Assembly: GCA_964418675.1 (NCBI GenBank)
Contig: CAYQMM010000002.1
Span: 196,875 to 260,874, forward strand
From: an uncultured Candidatus Bathyarchaeia archaeon
GTDB taxonomy: Archaea > Thermoproteota > Bathyarchaeia > Bathyarchaeales > Bathyarchaeaceae
Length of the DNA stretch: 64,000 nt
Reading direction: 5' to 3'
Below are positions 28,511-38,302 of this stretch, piece after piece. Below the pieces are notes generated by a model, which was given only the letters and a program-made list of their open reading frames with translations, searched no databases and was not told where the DNA came from. Position 1 is the first letter of the stretch, and every line of letters begins with the position of its first letter. The translations under genes and the position numbers were made by a program.

Positions 28511-28579
28511 CGGCTACACTGCATTTATAAGCCGATTCCATGTTGCATACAACCAATTGAAGCCTCGGCTGGATGAAGA

Positions 28580-29635
28580 ATGAGTTGGGAGAAAACCTTA
28601 GACAGTTATGGCGCGGTAATTGAGGAGCATCTCAAAAAATTTTTGGCGGAAACCTTGAAAGAAGCGGGAGCTTACCATCCCTTCATTGCGAGGGTTTACT
28701 CTGATCTTGAAGAGTTTGTGCTTAGGAAGGGCAAGAGGTTGGCTTCCTGCAGCACGCTCCTCACATACAAAGGTTACAGCGGAAAGGTGGATGACAAAAT
28801 CTTAGATGTCTGTGTCGGAATCGAGCTGTACCGCCACGCCATTCTGGTTCACGACGATCTAGTTGACATGGACGATCTCAGGAGAGGAGGAAGTACACTG
28901 CACAAAAAATTCATGAAGAGCTACGACCCCTACACACCCCGGTTTGGGGAGGGAACTGCCATCTTCGCTGGCAACATCGCATATTCCTTGGCGCTCAAAT
29001 CTATAATCGATTCTGGTTTTCCTGAAGAGAAAATTGGCAAAGTGTTATCTCTCCTTTCTGAGGGTTACAGGGATGTCAATGAGAGCCAAATCCTCGATTT
29101 GCTATTCGAGTTTAAGGATGTGGATGTTAACGAATGGATGGTTATGGCGGCTAAGAGGGCTGCTTCCCTCTTCAAGGTTACAATGCTGGCTGGCGCAGTC
29201 CTAGGCGGCACCCCAGAGAAGGATCATTCTATTTTGGGTGAAGCAGCAGAGAACATGGGCTACTCCTTCGACATTCAAGACGACATCATCGACAGCTTCG
29301 CCCCTGAAGACAAGTATGGTCGACCTCCATGCGTGGACATCGCCACAGGCAAGAAACCTCTTCACGTAATTTATGCCCTCAACTCGGCAGACAAGGAGAA
29401 ATCTGAAGCTTTAAGGTGTCTTCTTGGAAAGAAAAATCTCAACCATGGAGAGATAGAGTTGGTGAGAACGGTGCTTAGGGAGAGCGGAGGATTAGAAGCC
29501 GCAAAGAAAACATCAAGGAAACATGCTGAAGAGGCGAAAGTGCTCCTCACTCAAACAAGCCTGAGTGATGAAGTTAAAGAGTTTTTTAAAAGCTTCGTTT
29601 CATACATAGAGGAAAGCCTAGACTGGTACAAATAG
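28580..29635 (+). CDS. Polyprenyl (geranylgeranyl) diphosphate synthase
   Basis: 351 aa. First Asp-rich motif HDDLVDMDDLRRG and second FDIQDDIID. Confidence 0.85.
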   Translation: MSWEKTLDSYGAVIEEHLKKFLAETLKEAGAYHPFIARVYSDLEEFVLRKGKRLASCSTLLTYKGYSGKVDDKILDVCVGIELYRHAILVHDDLVDMDDLRRGGSTLHKKFMKSYDPYTPRFGEGTAIFAGNIAYSLALKSIIDSGFPEEKIGKVLSLLSEGYRDVNESQILDLLFEFKDVDVNEWMVMAAKRAASLFKVTMLAGAVLGGTPEKDHSILGEAAENMGYSFDIQDDIIDSFAPEDKYGRPPCVDIATGKKPLHVIYALNSADKEKSEALRCLLGKKNLNHGEIELVRTVLRESGGLEAAKKTSRKHAEEAKVLLTQTSLSDEVKEFFKSFVSYIEESLDWYK

Positions 29636-29702
29636 AAAAAGACGATTAAAACTTTATATTTGTCTATGGGCATTGAGGGGTTCATTCGGGTGTCGTGAAT
29701 GA

Positions 29703-32700
29703 GTGGTGGCCGCGAAATTCAAGGCTAATTCTAGACCTCTGCTGACCCAAAACTATCGCCCACTCGAGCTTGAACGTGAAGTTCGCGATTACTGGGAAAA
29801 AAATCAGACACTCCAGAAACTGGCGGGATACCGCGAAAAAAATAACAAGGGACTTCTAGGCTACGTTGAGGGTCCACCGACCTTAAACGGCATTCAGCAT
29901 GTCGGTCATGCTCGAGGTAGGGTTATAAAGGATTTTCGTTATCGCCTGAAGACAATGCAGGGATTTTATTTTACTTTCTGGGCTGGCTGGGACACTCAAG
30001 GCTTGCCCGTTGAGCTGGAGGTGGAGCAGACTCTTGGTGCGAAGAATAAGAAGGAGCTGCTGGAGCGGGTGGGTGAAGAGCGCTTCGTTGAGGAGTGCAA
30101 GAAGAGCATTATGAAGTATCACCGCATGTGGGTTGAGGCTGACAAGAAACTGGGCATGTTCATAGACCAAGACAAAGCCTACTATACCCACCAAGACAGG
30201 TATATCGAGCGGGAGTGGCAGTACCTCAAACGGGCATGGGAACAAAACCTCCTCGGCGAAGGCTACTATGTTGTTGCCTACTGCCCCCACTGCCAAACAT
30301 CCCTCAGCAACGCCGAAGTAGGCCTCGGATACAAAGAAGTTGAGGACCCCTCCATCCACTTCAAATTCAGGCTAAGCGAAACCGAAAACGAATACTTCAT
30401 CATCTGGACCACCATGCCCTTCACTCTAATCACAGATATGATAATCGGAGTCAACCCCAAGGAGGAGTACGCACGGGTTAAAGTGGAAAACGAAGTCTGG
30501 ATTCTTGCTAGTGGACGCGTCGAACCAATCATGGAAGAAATTGGAGTCGAAGAGTACAAAGTTCTCGAAATTGCGAAGGGCAAGGACTTGGTGGGCATGA
30601 AATACGAGTACCCCTTCAAGGACATTATTCCCAAACAAGGAGAACTGGACAAATTACCCCTCATCCACACCGTGGTAGGAGAAAGTTTCGTAGACGTTTC
30701 CACAGCCACAGGCATAGTGCACCTCTCCCCAGCAAACGGGGAAGACGACTTTTTAGCCTCCCAGAAACGCAAATTACCCATGTACGCTCCCTTTGATGAC
30801 GAAGCCATGTTCACGAAGGAGGCGGGCGAGTTTGCTGGTTTCTTCGTCAGGAAAACTGACAGTATGGTTGTGGAGGAGCTTCGCAAGAGGGGACTATTGC
30901 TTAAAGTGAAGACTATCACTCATGAATATCCGACCTGCTGGAGGTCCCACCACAAACTCGTGTGGCTGGCTCGGAGAGAATACTTCCTTTGGACAGACAA
31001 AATAAACGACAAAGTTGTAAAAGCCGCACAAAAAGTAAACTACTTCTACGAAAGCCCAAAAAACAGATTCTTCGCCTTCCTGAAAGAAGGAAAACCATGG
31101 TGCATCTCCAGAGACAGAGTCTGGGGCTCGCCTTTACCCATCTGGGTCTGCGAAAAATGCGGCTCCAAAACCATGGTAGCCAGCAAGAAGGAGTTGATTG
31201 AGAAAGCCTTGGAGTTGCCTGGCAAAGACTTTGAACTCCACAAACCGTGGATAGACCGTGTAATACTGAAGTGCGAGAAGTGTGGAGGCATGATGCTGAG
31301 GGAACATTTTGTGTTGGATGTCTGGCACAACAGCGGCGCCTCACCTTACGCCAGATTCACCGATGAAGAATTCAATAAGTTTGTTCCAGTGAACTTTCTG
31401 ACTGAAGCTGTGGATCAGACGAGGGGATGGGCAAACTCGCTTCTCCTCGAACACGTGATATTAACGGGCAAAGCCGAGGCTCCTTACGAAGAGTTTCTTT
31501 TTCAGGGTTTTGTGTTGGACGCGAAAGGAAGAAAGATGAGTAAGAGCCTTGGAAACGTGATAGAAATCAACCAGCTACTCCAGAATCGCTCAGCCGATGT
31601 CTCCCGCTTCTACTTCCTATGGAAAACTTCACCTATCGATTCGATGAACTTCGACACCCAAGACCTTAGGGGGCGCCCATACCAAGTTCTCAGCACCCTC
31701 TATCACCTCCACAACTTCTTCCTGCAAAACGCCGAATACGACCGCTTCAACCCGAAAAAACACACGCTCCAATGGGCGAATAAAGAGGATTCCCTTAAAA
31801 CTCCTGATCGGTGGCTCCTGTCCAAACTGCAAAGTCTCATAAAGGATTTCACCTCAGATGCTGAGGCATGCGAATTCAATTCTGCCCTCTCCAAACTTGA
31901 AGACTACGTTGTCAACATTCTGAGCCGTGAGTATGTCCCTATGATTCGAAAAGATCTGTGGAGCGACGCCCCAGAAACCCTGAACCGGCGACTAACCATC
32001 TATGCAACCCTCTGGTATGTCCTAAAAACGTTGGTTCTCCTCTTCAACCCCACTACACCATTTCTGAGCGAAGCACTGCATCAGAAGGTCTACAGGGAAC
32101 TGGATAGCTCCCTCTCCGAGACTGTGAATCTGGAAAGCTGGCCAGAACCAGATGCTAATTTGAAGGATGCTGCCTTAGAGGAAGAATTTGAGATTCTGCT
32201 ACAAAGCCTTCCTCTGGTATATTCTGCCCGGCAGGATGCCCAGCTGAAACGGCGATGGCCTCTGGCAAAGGCAGTGGTTGTTGCACCCAAAAAGGTTCAG
32301 AAAGCCCTAAAAAAATTGGAGATGCTGTTTCTTGAGCTGGCGAACATAAAGGAGGTCAAGTATGCGGAGGAGCTTCCCAAAGTTGACTCGAAGAGGTGGG
32401 CGATGGCTTCTGAAGGTGAACTGCATGTTCTGCTTGACACGCATCGTAACGTGGCTCTTGAGGGGGAAGGTCTTATGCGGGACCTAGCCCGCCGAGTTCA
32501 GGCCCTCAGGAAAGAGCTTGGATTCTCACCCACCGACATACTTGAGGCAGTTCACATTGCGGAACTGGACCCAACGAGTATAAAGCTGTTGAAGCCTTAC
32601 GTGACTGAGATGGAGGAGCTTGTTCGCGCCAGAAACGTCCTTGTTCACAAGGAGCGTATTGGAGTCGATGCTGATTGGCATGAAAGCAAGCTGGACCGAA

Positions 32701-32726
32701 AGAAAGTATACGTTGCCGTCTTGTAG
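29703..32726 (+). CDS. ileS: Isoleucyl-tRNA synthetase
   Basis: 1007 aa. HVGH (HIGH), KMSKSLGN, WCISRDRVWGSPLPIW, zinc knuckles CPHC/CEKC. Confidence 0.88.
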   Translation: MVAAKFKANSRPLLTQNYRPLELEREVRDYWEKNQTLQKLAGYREKNNKGLLGYVEGPPTLNGIQHVGHARGRVIKDFRYRLKTMQGFYFTFWAGWDTQGLPVELEVEQTLGAKNKKELLERVGEERFVEECKKSIMKYHRMWVEADKKLGMFIDQDKAYYTHQDRYIEREWQYLKRAWEQNLLGEGYYVVAYCPHCQTSLSNAEVGLGYKEVEDPSIHFKFRLSETENEYFIIWTTMPFTLITDMIIGVNPKEEYARVKVENEVWILASGRVEPIMEEIGVEEYKVLEIAKGKDLVGMKYEYPFKDIIPKQGELDKLPLIHTVVGESFVDVSTATGIVHLSPANGEDDFLASQKRKLPMYAPFDDEAMFTKEAGEFAGFFVRKTDSMVVEELRKRGLLLKVKTITHEYPTCWRSHHKLVWLARREYFLWTDKINDKVVKAAQKVNYFYESPKNRFFAFLKEGKPWCISRDRVWGSPLPIWVCEKCGSKTMVASKKELIEKALELPGKDFELHKPWIDRVILKCEKCGGMMLREHFVLDVWHNSGASPYARFTDEEFNKFVPVNFLTEAVDQTRGWANSLLLEHVILTGKAEAPYEEFLFQGFVLDAKGRKMSKSLGNVIEINQLLQNRSADVSRFYFLWKTSPIDSMNFDTQDLRGRPYQVLSTLYHLHNFFLQNAEYDRFNPKKHTLQWANKEDSLKTPDRWLLSKLQSLIKDFTSDAEACEFNSALSKLEDYVVNILSREYVPMIRKDLWSDAPETLNRRLTIYATLWYVLKTLVLLFNPTTPFLSEALHQKVYRELDSSLSETVNLESWPEPDANLKDAALEEEFEILLQSLPLVYSARQDAQLKRRWPLAKAVVVAPKKVQKALKKLEMLFLELANIKEVKYAEELPKVDSKRWAMASEGELHVLLDTHRNVALEGEGLMRDLARRVQALRKELGFSPTDILEAVHIAELDPTSIKLLKPYVTEMEELVRARNVLVHKERIGVDADWHESKLDRKKVYVAVL

Positions 32727-32827
32727 AGACAAACACGAATTTGTTGCCATAAAAGCTTAATTATATTAGTTTTTGACGCCAACACATTTCCTCGTAGATA
32801 GTAGACTCGAAAGGAGATGTGCAAGCG

Positions 32828-33781
32828 GTGGATAAAATCAAATTCGGCGTGTTCCTTCCCTTTTATGCTTTCAGAACTGAAACAAGTTCGCAATTGTTTA
32901 ATCTGCTTCAAGATGCCGTCTTGGAATGTGAGCGGTTAGGGTACCATTCGGTTTGGCTGGACGATCATCTTATGCTAGATAAAATGCCGATTCTCGAGTG
33001 CTGGACGACCCTCTCAGCCCTCTCCTCAATTACGGAAAGGATACGGCTGGGCACCATGGTAACCTGTAACTCCTTCAGGAACCCCTCATTGCTAGCCAAG
33101 ATGGGTGCCGCCATCGATAACATATCAAAGGGAAGATTAGAGCTGGGCATGGGAGCGGGAGTCCAGAAGAAGGAGCACATAGCCTACGGCTTTCCCTTCC
33201 CCTCTTTGAAGACCAGGGTAGAGCGGTTGAAGGAGGCTGTGGAAATCGTGAAGAAACTGTGGACAGAAGAGAAGGCAAGCTACAAGGGGAAACATTACAG
33301 GATATGGGAGGCTGTTTGTGAGCCTAAGCCATTGCAGAAGCCTCATCCCCCAATAACCATTGGTGGAGGAGGAGAAAAACTAACGTTGAGAGTAACCGCT
33401 CAACATGCGGACAGGTACGACTGGGGCTATATACCTTCCCTGGAACTGTATAAGCGTAAGCTCAAGGTTTTGGAAAAACACTGCATGGCGGTGGGTAGAA
33501 GCCTTCAAGAAATTGAGAAGTCATGCTGGCCTGCAGGACAGATATTCATTGGAGAGAACCGAGAAAAACTAGAAGCAAGAGTTCTGCAGTGGGTACCGAA
33601 AGGTGTTTCTCTGGAAGATTTTGTGCGAACAAACCTTGTGGGCACTCCCGAAGATTGCCTAAACCAAATACGGCAGTATACGAATCTGGGCGTGACGCAT
33701 TTTATGCTGTTTTTCGGTGATCTTCCTGATTTGAGGGGATTGAGGCTCTTCGCCGAAGAAGTTGTTCGAAAGATAGATTAA
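32828..33781 (+). CDS. Luciferase-like (LLM) F420-dependent oxidoreductase family protein
   Basis: The ORF track starts at GTG 32819. GTG 32828 has better spacing from the AAGGAG at 32811. Typical LLM TIM-barrel sequence (FGVFLP, LGTMVT, GRLELGMGAG). Confidence 0.7.
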   Translation: MDKIKFGVFLPFYAFRTETSSQLFNLLQDAVLECERLGYHSVWLDDHLMLDKMPILECWTTLSALSSITERIRLGTMVTCNSFRNPSLLAKMGAAIDNISKGRLELGMGAGVQKKEHIAYGFPFPSLKTRVERLKEAVEIVKKLWTEEKASYKGKHYRIWEAVCEPKPLQKPHPPITIGGGGEKLTLRVTAQHADRYDWGYIPSLELYKRKLKVLEKHCMAVGRSLQEIEKSCWPAGQIFIGENREKLEARVLQWVPKGVSLEDFVRTNLVGTPEDCLNQIRQYTNLGVTHFMLFFGDLPDLRGLRLFAEEVVRKID

Positions 33782-33843
33782 AGCAACTGAAGAAATTTTT
33801 TGTTGGACGCTAATCAGTTATTTGATACGTTTCATGTCGGAGC

Positions 33844-34920
33844 CTAAAAGAGGGGGCTTAATGGCACTATAGAGAGGACAAATATGGCGGCGAGCCCGAT
33901 GGCACCTACTTTTCTAAGGGCAGTAAGTTTGGAAACGTCATCTAAAGGTCCAGGATGTTCAGCAACAGAAAAGAAGAGAGCTAAGAGAGCCATTGGCCAC
34001 GCAATGAACATTAACAGAGCAATGCCGAGGTATGAAAGAATTTTGTGGAATCTACGTCCAACCAAACTTCGAGCAACGTGACCGCCATCAAACATGCCTG
34101 AGGGAACCAGATTAAGCATGGTGACCACCATGCCAATCCAACCAGCAAAAACAAGAGGATGCGGTGTTACCGTAGCGCCTGCGGGCACATTGGGCGGAAA
34201 CATCATAAGAATAAACCGATATATCAGGGGGTACAATTCATTCATTGGTATTCCCGGTTGGATGGGGTTTTGCTCAACTTGGAAGGGCAACTGGATTCCG
34301 ATGAGCATAATGATCACTGAGATTATGAATCCTGTTATTGGTCCCGTGAATCCAACATCGAAGAGGGCATCCCTGTTTGGGGGAAGAGCTTTCTGTCGGA
34401 TGAGGGCTCCGAAAGTACCAATACCGTAAGGAAACGGAAGGCCTGGAATGAAGTATGGGTAGGTGGCTTCAACATCATGTTTGTCTGCCAGTAGCTTGTG
34501 TCCCATCTCATGGGTACCCAGTATTGCCATGATGGCTCCAGTGAACAGTAGGGCACCTGTAATGTCTGATTCTGCCAGATAGTATCCGGAGAGAAAAACC
34601 GTTCCAAGCGTCGCAAAAAACAGGGCGATGTTTATTATGTTTCGGCTTGGTTGTGTGGGGGGTTTAGCCATGATTCGAAGTACAACTTTTTCTTCTCTTC
34701 GTCTGAGGATTGGAAGAAGCTCCAGTGATTCTAGGCGTTTCATAAGCCTCAGGAAGGCTTCTTTCGAGTCTTCTCGGAGCCTTACGATGAATGTTGGGAC
34801 ACCATGGTCAACAAAGCTTTCTTCTACGTTGAATTCTGCCTCAACCATGACTTGAACTTGTTCAAAATGAGGCAAGCCGACGGGGTCAGCAAAGTATTCG
34901 TCTGAAGATGCACAGCACAT
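33844..34920 (-). CDS. Site-2 protease-family (M50) membrane metalloprotease
   Basis: 358 aa, polytopic, HEMGHKL (HExxH). Confidence 0.8.
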   Translation of the reverse strand: MCCASSDEYFADPVGLPHFEQVQVMVEAEFNVEESFVDHGVPTFIVRLREDSKEAFLRLMKRLESLELLPILRRREEKVVLRIMAKPPTQPSRNIINIALFFATLGTVFLSGYYLAESDITGALLFTGAIMAILGTHEMGHKLLADKHDVEATYPYFIPGLPFPYGIGTFGALIRQKALPPNRDALFDVGFTGPITGFIISVIIMLIGIQLPFQVEQNPIQPGIPMNELYPLIYRFILMMFPPNVPAGATVTPHPLVFAGWIGMVVTMLNLVPSGMFDGGHVARSLVGRRFHKILSYLGIALLMFIAWPMALLALFFSVAEHPGPLDDVSKLTALRKVGAIGLAAIFVLSIVPLSPLF

Positions 34921-35026
34921 GGTGACCTCGTATTGGACTCGCTTCGAAGTATTAGAATGTTATGTAAATCAGTTTGCAGCCCTCACTTTCACGAAGTTTT
35001 AATGAATAGCTGGTATACGCAAGCTT

Positions 35027-35041
35027 TATGACAGTGTTATA
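35027..35041. promoter_or_regulatory. Palindromic operator candidate P4: TATGACAGTGTTATA (reverse complement TATAACACTGTCATA)
   Basis: Same 15-bp dyad as P1-P3, 28 nt upstream of the cysK GTG start. Confidence 0.5.
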
Positions 35042-35068
35042 GAATGATTATAGACAAAAGTATAACCG

Positions 35069-36079
35069 GTGAAGAAAACGATTGTGAATAACATCCTCGA
35101 TTTAATCGGAAACACTCCGATGGTACGAATTAATCATCTAAATCCAAACCCTAAGCTTGAGATGTTCCTGAAACTTGAAAAATTCAATCCAGGCGGCTCA
35201 GTTAAAGACCGCATAACAAAATACATGATTGAACACGCAGAGAAGGATGGAAAGCTGAAGAAAGGGATGACGGTCATTGAACCCACCAGCGGAAACACAG
35301 GCATCGGGCTCGCCTTGGTCTGCCGCGTAAAAGGATACGACCTAGCTCTGGTAATGCCCGACACCATGACACGGGAGAGACGCCAGATACTGCTAGCCTT
35401 AGGCGCCAAAGTCATTCTCAGCAAAGGCTCAAAGGGAATGGACGGAGCCGAAGACCTAGCCCACGAGATTGCCAAACAGAACCCAGATAAATACTTCATA
35501 CCCAACCAATTCGCAAATCCAGCCAACGTCCTCGCTCACTACGAAACCACAGCCGAAGAAATATGGAGAGACACAAAAGGCAAAATCACACATTTCGTTG
35601 CGGGCTTAGGCACAAGCGGCACCCTAATGGGAGTCTCCAAGAGACTGAAAGAACTTAAACCTAATGTTCAAATTATTGCTGTTCAACCCGAAGCCGGCAC
35701 CGCCATCCAAGGGCTGAAGAACATAGAAACCCAGTATGTTCCCGCCATCTGGAAACAGGAATTGGTAGATGAAATCCATACGGCTTCTCCAAAGGACGCT
35801 GAGGAGTCAGCGAGAATCTTGGGTCTTCAAGAAGGTCTCTTTGTTGGACCGAGCTCGGGGGCTATTTTTCACATCGCCAGAAAGAAGGCGAGGGAGATCA
35901 AGGGAGGAGTGATGGTGGCGATAGCTCCTGATGGTGGAGAAAAATATCTCAGCACATCTCTATGTGACCCAGCTCTATGCGTGGAAGCCGTCAGAAAGTT
36001 TGGAATCCAGTGCTCCTATAAAGACGGAAAACCAGTAACAGAGGCTACGACCACAACCCTCAAAGAGTCTTCGCCCTAA
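35069..36079 (+). CDS. cysK: Cysteine synthase (O-acetyl/O-phosphoserine sulfhydrylase) with a Cys-containing C-terminal extension
   Basis: 336 aa. GGSVKDRI, TSGNTGIGLA, GLGTSGTLMG, GPSSGA. Confidence 0.85.
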   Translation: MKKTIVNNILDLIGNTPMVRINHLNPNPKLEMFLKLEKFNPGGSVKDRITKYMIEHAEKDGKLKKGMTVIEPTSGNTGIGLALVCRVKGYDLALVMPDTMTRERRQILLALGAKVILSKGSKGMDGAEDLAHEIAKQNPDKYFIPNQFANPANVLAHYETTAEEIWRDTKGKITHFVAGLGTSGTLMGVSKRLKELKPNVQIIAVQPEAGTAIQGLKNIETQYVPAIWKQELVDEIHTASPKDAEESARILGLQEGLFVGPSSGAIFHIARKKAREIKGGVMVAIAPDGGEKYLSTSLCDPALCVEAVRKFGIQCSYKDGKPVTEATTTTLKESSP

Positions 36080-36085
36080 AGGGCG

Positions 36086-36970
36086 TTAATCATCATCTTC
36101 TGTACACCACGCTTTACATTCAATACCTGAACAAAAATACTTGCTTTCAAGCTCGACTGTCGAGTGCTCAATATGATGCTTCTTCAGCACTTCTTTGATG
36201 GCTTTTCTGGTTTGATCTGGCTTTTTAAGCCGCACTTCATCTGCTACGATATGTGCTGTTAAGATGTCGGTTTCCCCTTCCAAAGACCAAATGTGCATGT
36301 CATGCGCTCCCATTACCCCATCAATTGCCAAAAGGTCTCGTTTGACCTCGTTAATGTTGATGTGCTTCGGCACTCCTTCAAGCAGGATGTTCACTGCTTC
36401 CTTCAAATTCTTGGATACGTTGTAAAGGATAAAGACCGTTAAGCCCAGAGTCATTATAGGGTCAAGCAGGTAAACATCCCAGAAGTTGATGATGATGCCC
36501 CCAATTAGGATGGTCACCCATCCAAGCACATCCTCCAATAGATGCCATGACAGGACTTTTTCATTCAAGCTTTCTCCTCTTTTTAACAGGAAAAAACCTG
36601 CCCCATTGAATAAGACGCCGATGATTGCTAATCCAACCATGCCAGTTGCATTTACAGTTGCTGGATTAAGAACTCGGGGTATGGCTTGGAAGATAATCAC
36701 TATGGAGCCCCCTATTAGAACCATCGCAGAAAAGAGAGCGGAAAACAGGGAGAGCCGTTGATAGCCAAAGGTTCGGGTGGTGTCAGGTGATTTGCGTGCC
36801 CCCCGTTCAAAAAGCCATGAAGCCAGTAATGCTACGCTGTCGCCGAAGTCGTGGAGAGCGTCTGATAGGATTGCCAAGCTGTTTGTCCAAAAGCCACCAA
36901 CAATTTCTAGAATGGTGAAGCCAACGTTTAGCAGTGCTGCGATTTGAACTCTTTTCTCTCGCTTGGGCAT
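36086..36970 (-). CDS. Cation diffusion facilitator (CzcD/ZnT-like) metal efflux protein
   Basis: 294 aa. Six TM segments plus a cytosolic domain. LSDALHDFGD motif. Confidence 0.8.
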   Translation of the reverse strand: MPKREKRVQIAALLNVGFTILEIVGGFWTNSLAILSDALHDFGDSVALLASWLFERGARKSPDTTRTFGYQRLSLFSALFSAMVLIGGSIVIIFQAIPRVLNPATVNATGMVGLAIIGVLFNGAGFFLLKRGESLNEKVLSWHLLEDVLGWVTILIGGIIINFWDVYLLDPIMTLGLTVFILYNVSKNLKEAVNILLEGVPKHININEVKRDLLAIDGVMGAHDMHIWSLEGETDILTAHIVADEVRLKKPDQTRKAIKEVLKKHHIEHSTVELESKYFCSGIECKAWCTEDDD

Positions 36971-37159
36971 ATTTCATGCTACTCTCTTAGTTGAATAAAA
37001 AGCTGACCCATACTAATTTATTATCGATATGCTTAACCCTTTTTGCTAACACAAAATTTTCGGCTCTGCATATAGCTTAGGTGGGACTCAAAAATCTCCA
37101 GAAGGCTTCCCTACACCTTGTTGTCTATAAACTGTTCAAGTATTTGGTTTAGTGCCGTT

Positions 37160-37624
37160 CTATAAGAACAGTTTGCCGAACCGCGAGTTAACAGGGAACG
37201 CGGTATCATTAATTAAGGCGAATTCTACGCTATCAACACTCGGCTCTTTCCTGATTTCATTCACTAACGCTTTAAGGCTATTCAAGTCTTTGACTGGTGC
37301 AATGCCTATTATCTCGAAATCTCCAATCATCTCGCTGACTATGAATACGTTTCGCATTTTTTTGAGAGCAGCTATTGTCTTTGATTTATCGTGGTTTGGT
37401 GCGTTCGTGATCATCAAGAAAACTTTGCCTTGATATCCAATTTTCGAGAGGTCGATTGATATTGAACAGTGCCTGATTGTTCCTTCTTCCTTCATTTTTA
37501 TGTATCTTTGTCTGACAGTTTCCGGTGAAACGCCAAGTTTCTTTGCGATTCTTAGGAAAGGCGTTTGAGCATCTTTTATTAATTCTCTTATTATTTGGAG
37601 GTCAATTTTATCCATAACCATCAA
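37160..37624 (-). CDS. Lrp/AsnC-family transcriptional regulator
   Basis: 154 aa. HTH (DLQIIRELIKDAQTPFLRIAKKLGVSPETVRQR) plus a RAM domain. Confidence 0.8.
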   Translation of the reverse strand: MMVMDKIDLQIIRELIKDAQTPFLRIAKKLGVSPETVRQRYIKMKEEGTIRHCSISIDLSKIGYQGKVFLMITNAPNHDKSKTIAALKKMRNVFIVSEMIGDFEIIGIAPVKDLNSLKALVNEIRKEPSVDSVEFALINDTAFPVNSRFGKLFL

Positions 37625-38103
37625 ACTCTTGTCGGTTGCAGGTCTAGATGTTCAAGAAAGAAATATGGTTCGGAAACCCATATGTTGACAGCCACTCTTT
37701 TTACACCACGCTGTTTCCTTATAGCCTGTGTAATACTGTCCAGTTCTTGAAGGCTTTTTGTGAGCATGAAGGCGGTTAAGTCGTACTTCCCGATACTTGA
37801 AGAAAGCTCAATTAAATTCGTTTTCGTCCGCTCTAGGATCAATTTAACGATTTCGTCTTCTTGTGCATAATCTAAGTTGACTCCAATAGTTGCTACGTGC
37901 GTGAAACCAAATTTTCTTGCATCAGGATACAATGTTGTTCCCACGATTACTCCGATACTTTTTAAGTGTTTGATTCGTTTGATAATAGCGTTAGATGATA
38001 GGTCGCAATCTTTTGCTATTTTTTTCAGTTTTGTGCGTGCATCTCTTATCAAAGCGCTTAAAATCTTGACGTCAATTTCGTCAAGTTCTACTTCGGGGTC
38101 CAT
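37621..38103 (-). CDS. Lrp/AsnC-family transcriptional regulator (4-nt overlap with its paralogue)
   Basis: 160 aa. HTH (DVKILSALIRDARTKLKKIAKDCDLSSNAIIKRI) plus a RAM domain. Confidence 0.8.
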   Translation of the reverse strand: MDPEVELDEIDVKILSALIRDARTKLKKIAKDCDLSSNAIIKRIKHLKSIGVIVGTTLYPDARKFGFTHVATIGVNLDYAQEDEIVKLILERTKTNLIELSSSIGKYDLTAFMLTKSLQELDSITQAIRKQRGVKRVAVNIWVSEPYFFLEHLDLQPTRV

Positions 38104-38302
38104 TTTTGTTCGCTTAAGGAAGATTGGTCCATTATGTAAATAAGCTTTTTAGTTAGGCATTCCAAGTTTAGTTGCTTGTAAAAAGCAACATCTTCATTGC
38201 TTGCAGATAATAATTTCCATTAGAAGAGCGGAATTCTGGAAAAATTTATATGTTTAACGAAAATAACCTTTATGTGTCAACAAAAAAGAGAAGAGATCAG
38301 AA

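Noticed and set aside
30278-30919. 213-aa antisense ORF inside ileS. Similar antisense ORFs occur at 7883-8443 (hisC), 29883-30359, 52761-53201 (pfkB-like) and 62808-63311 (mbf1)
   Set aside because: They lie entirely within well-supported conserved genes on the opposite strand, have no motifs and have odd composition.
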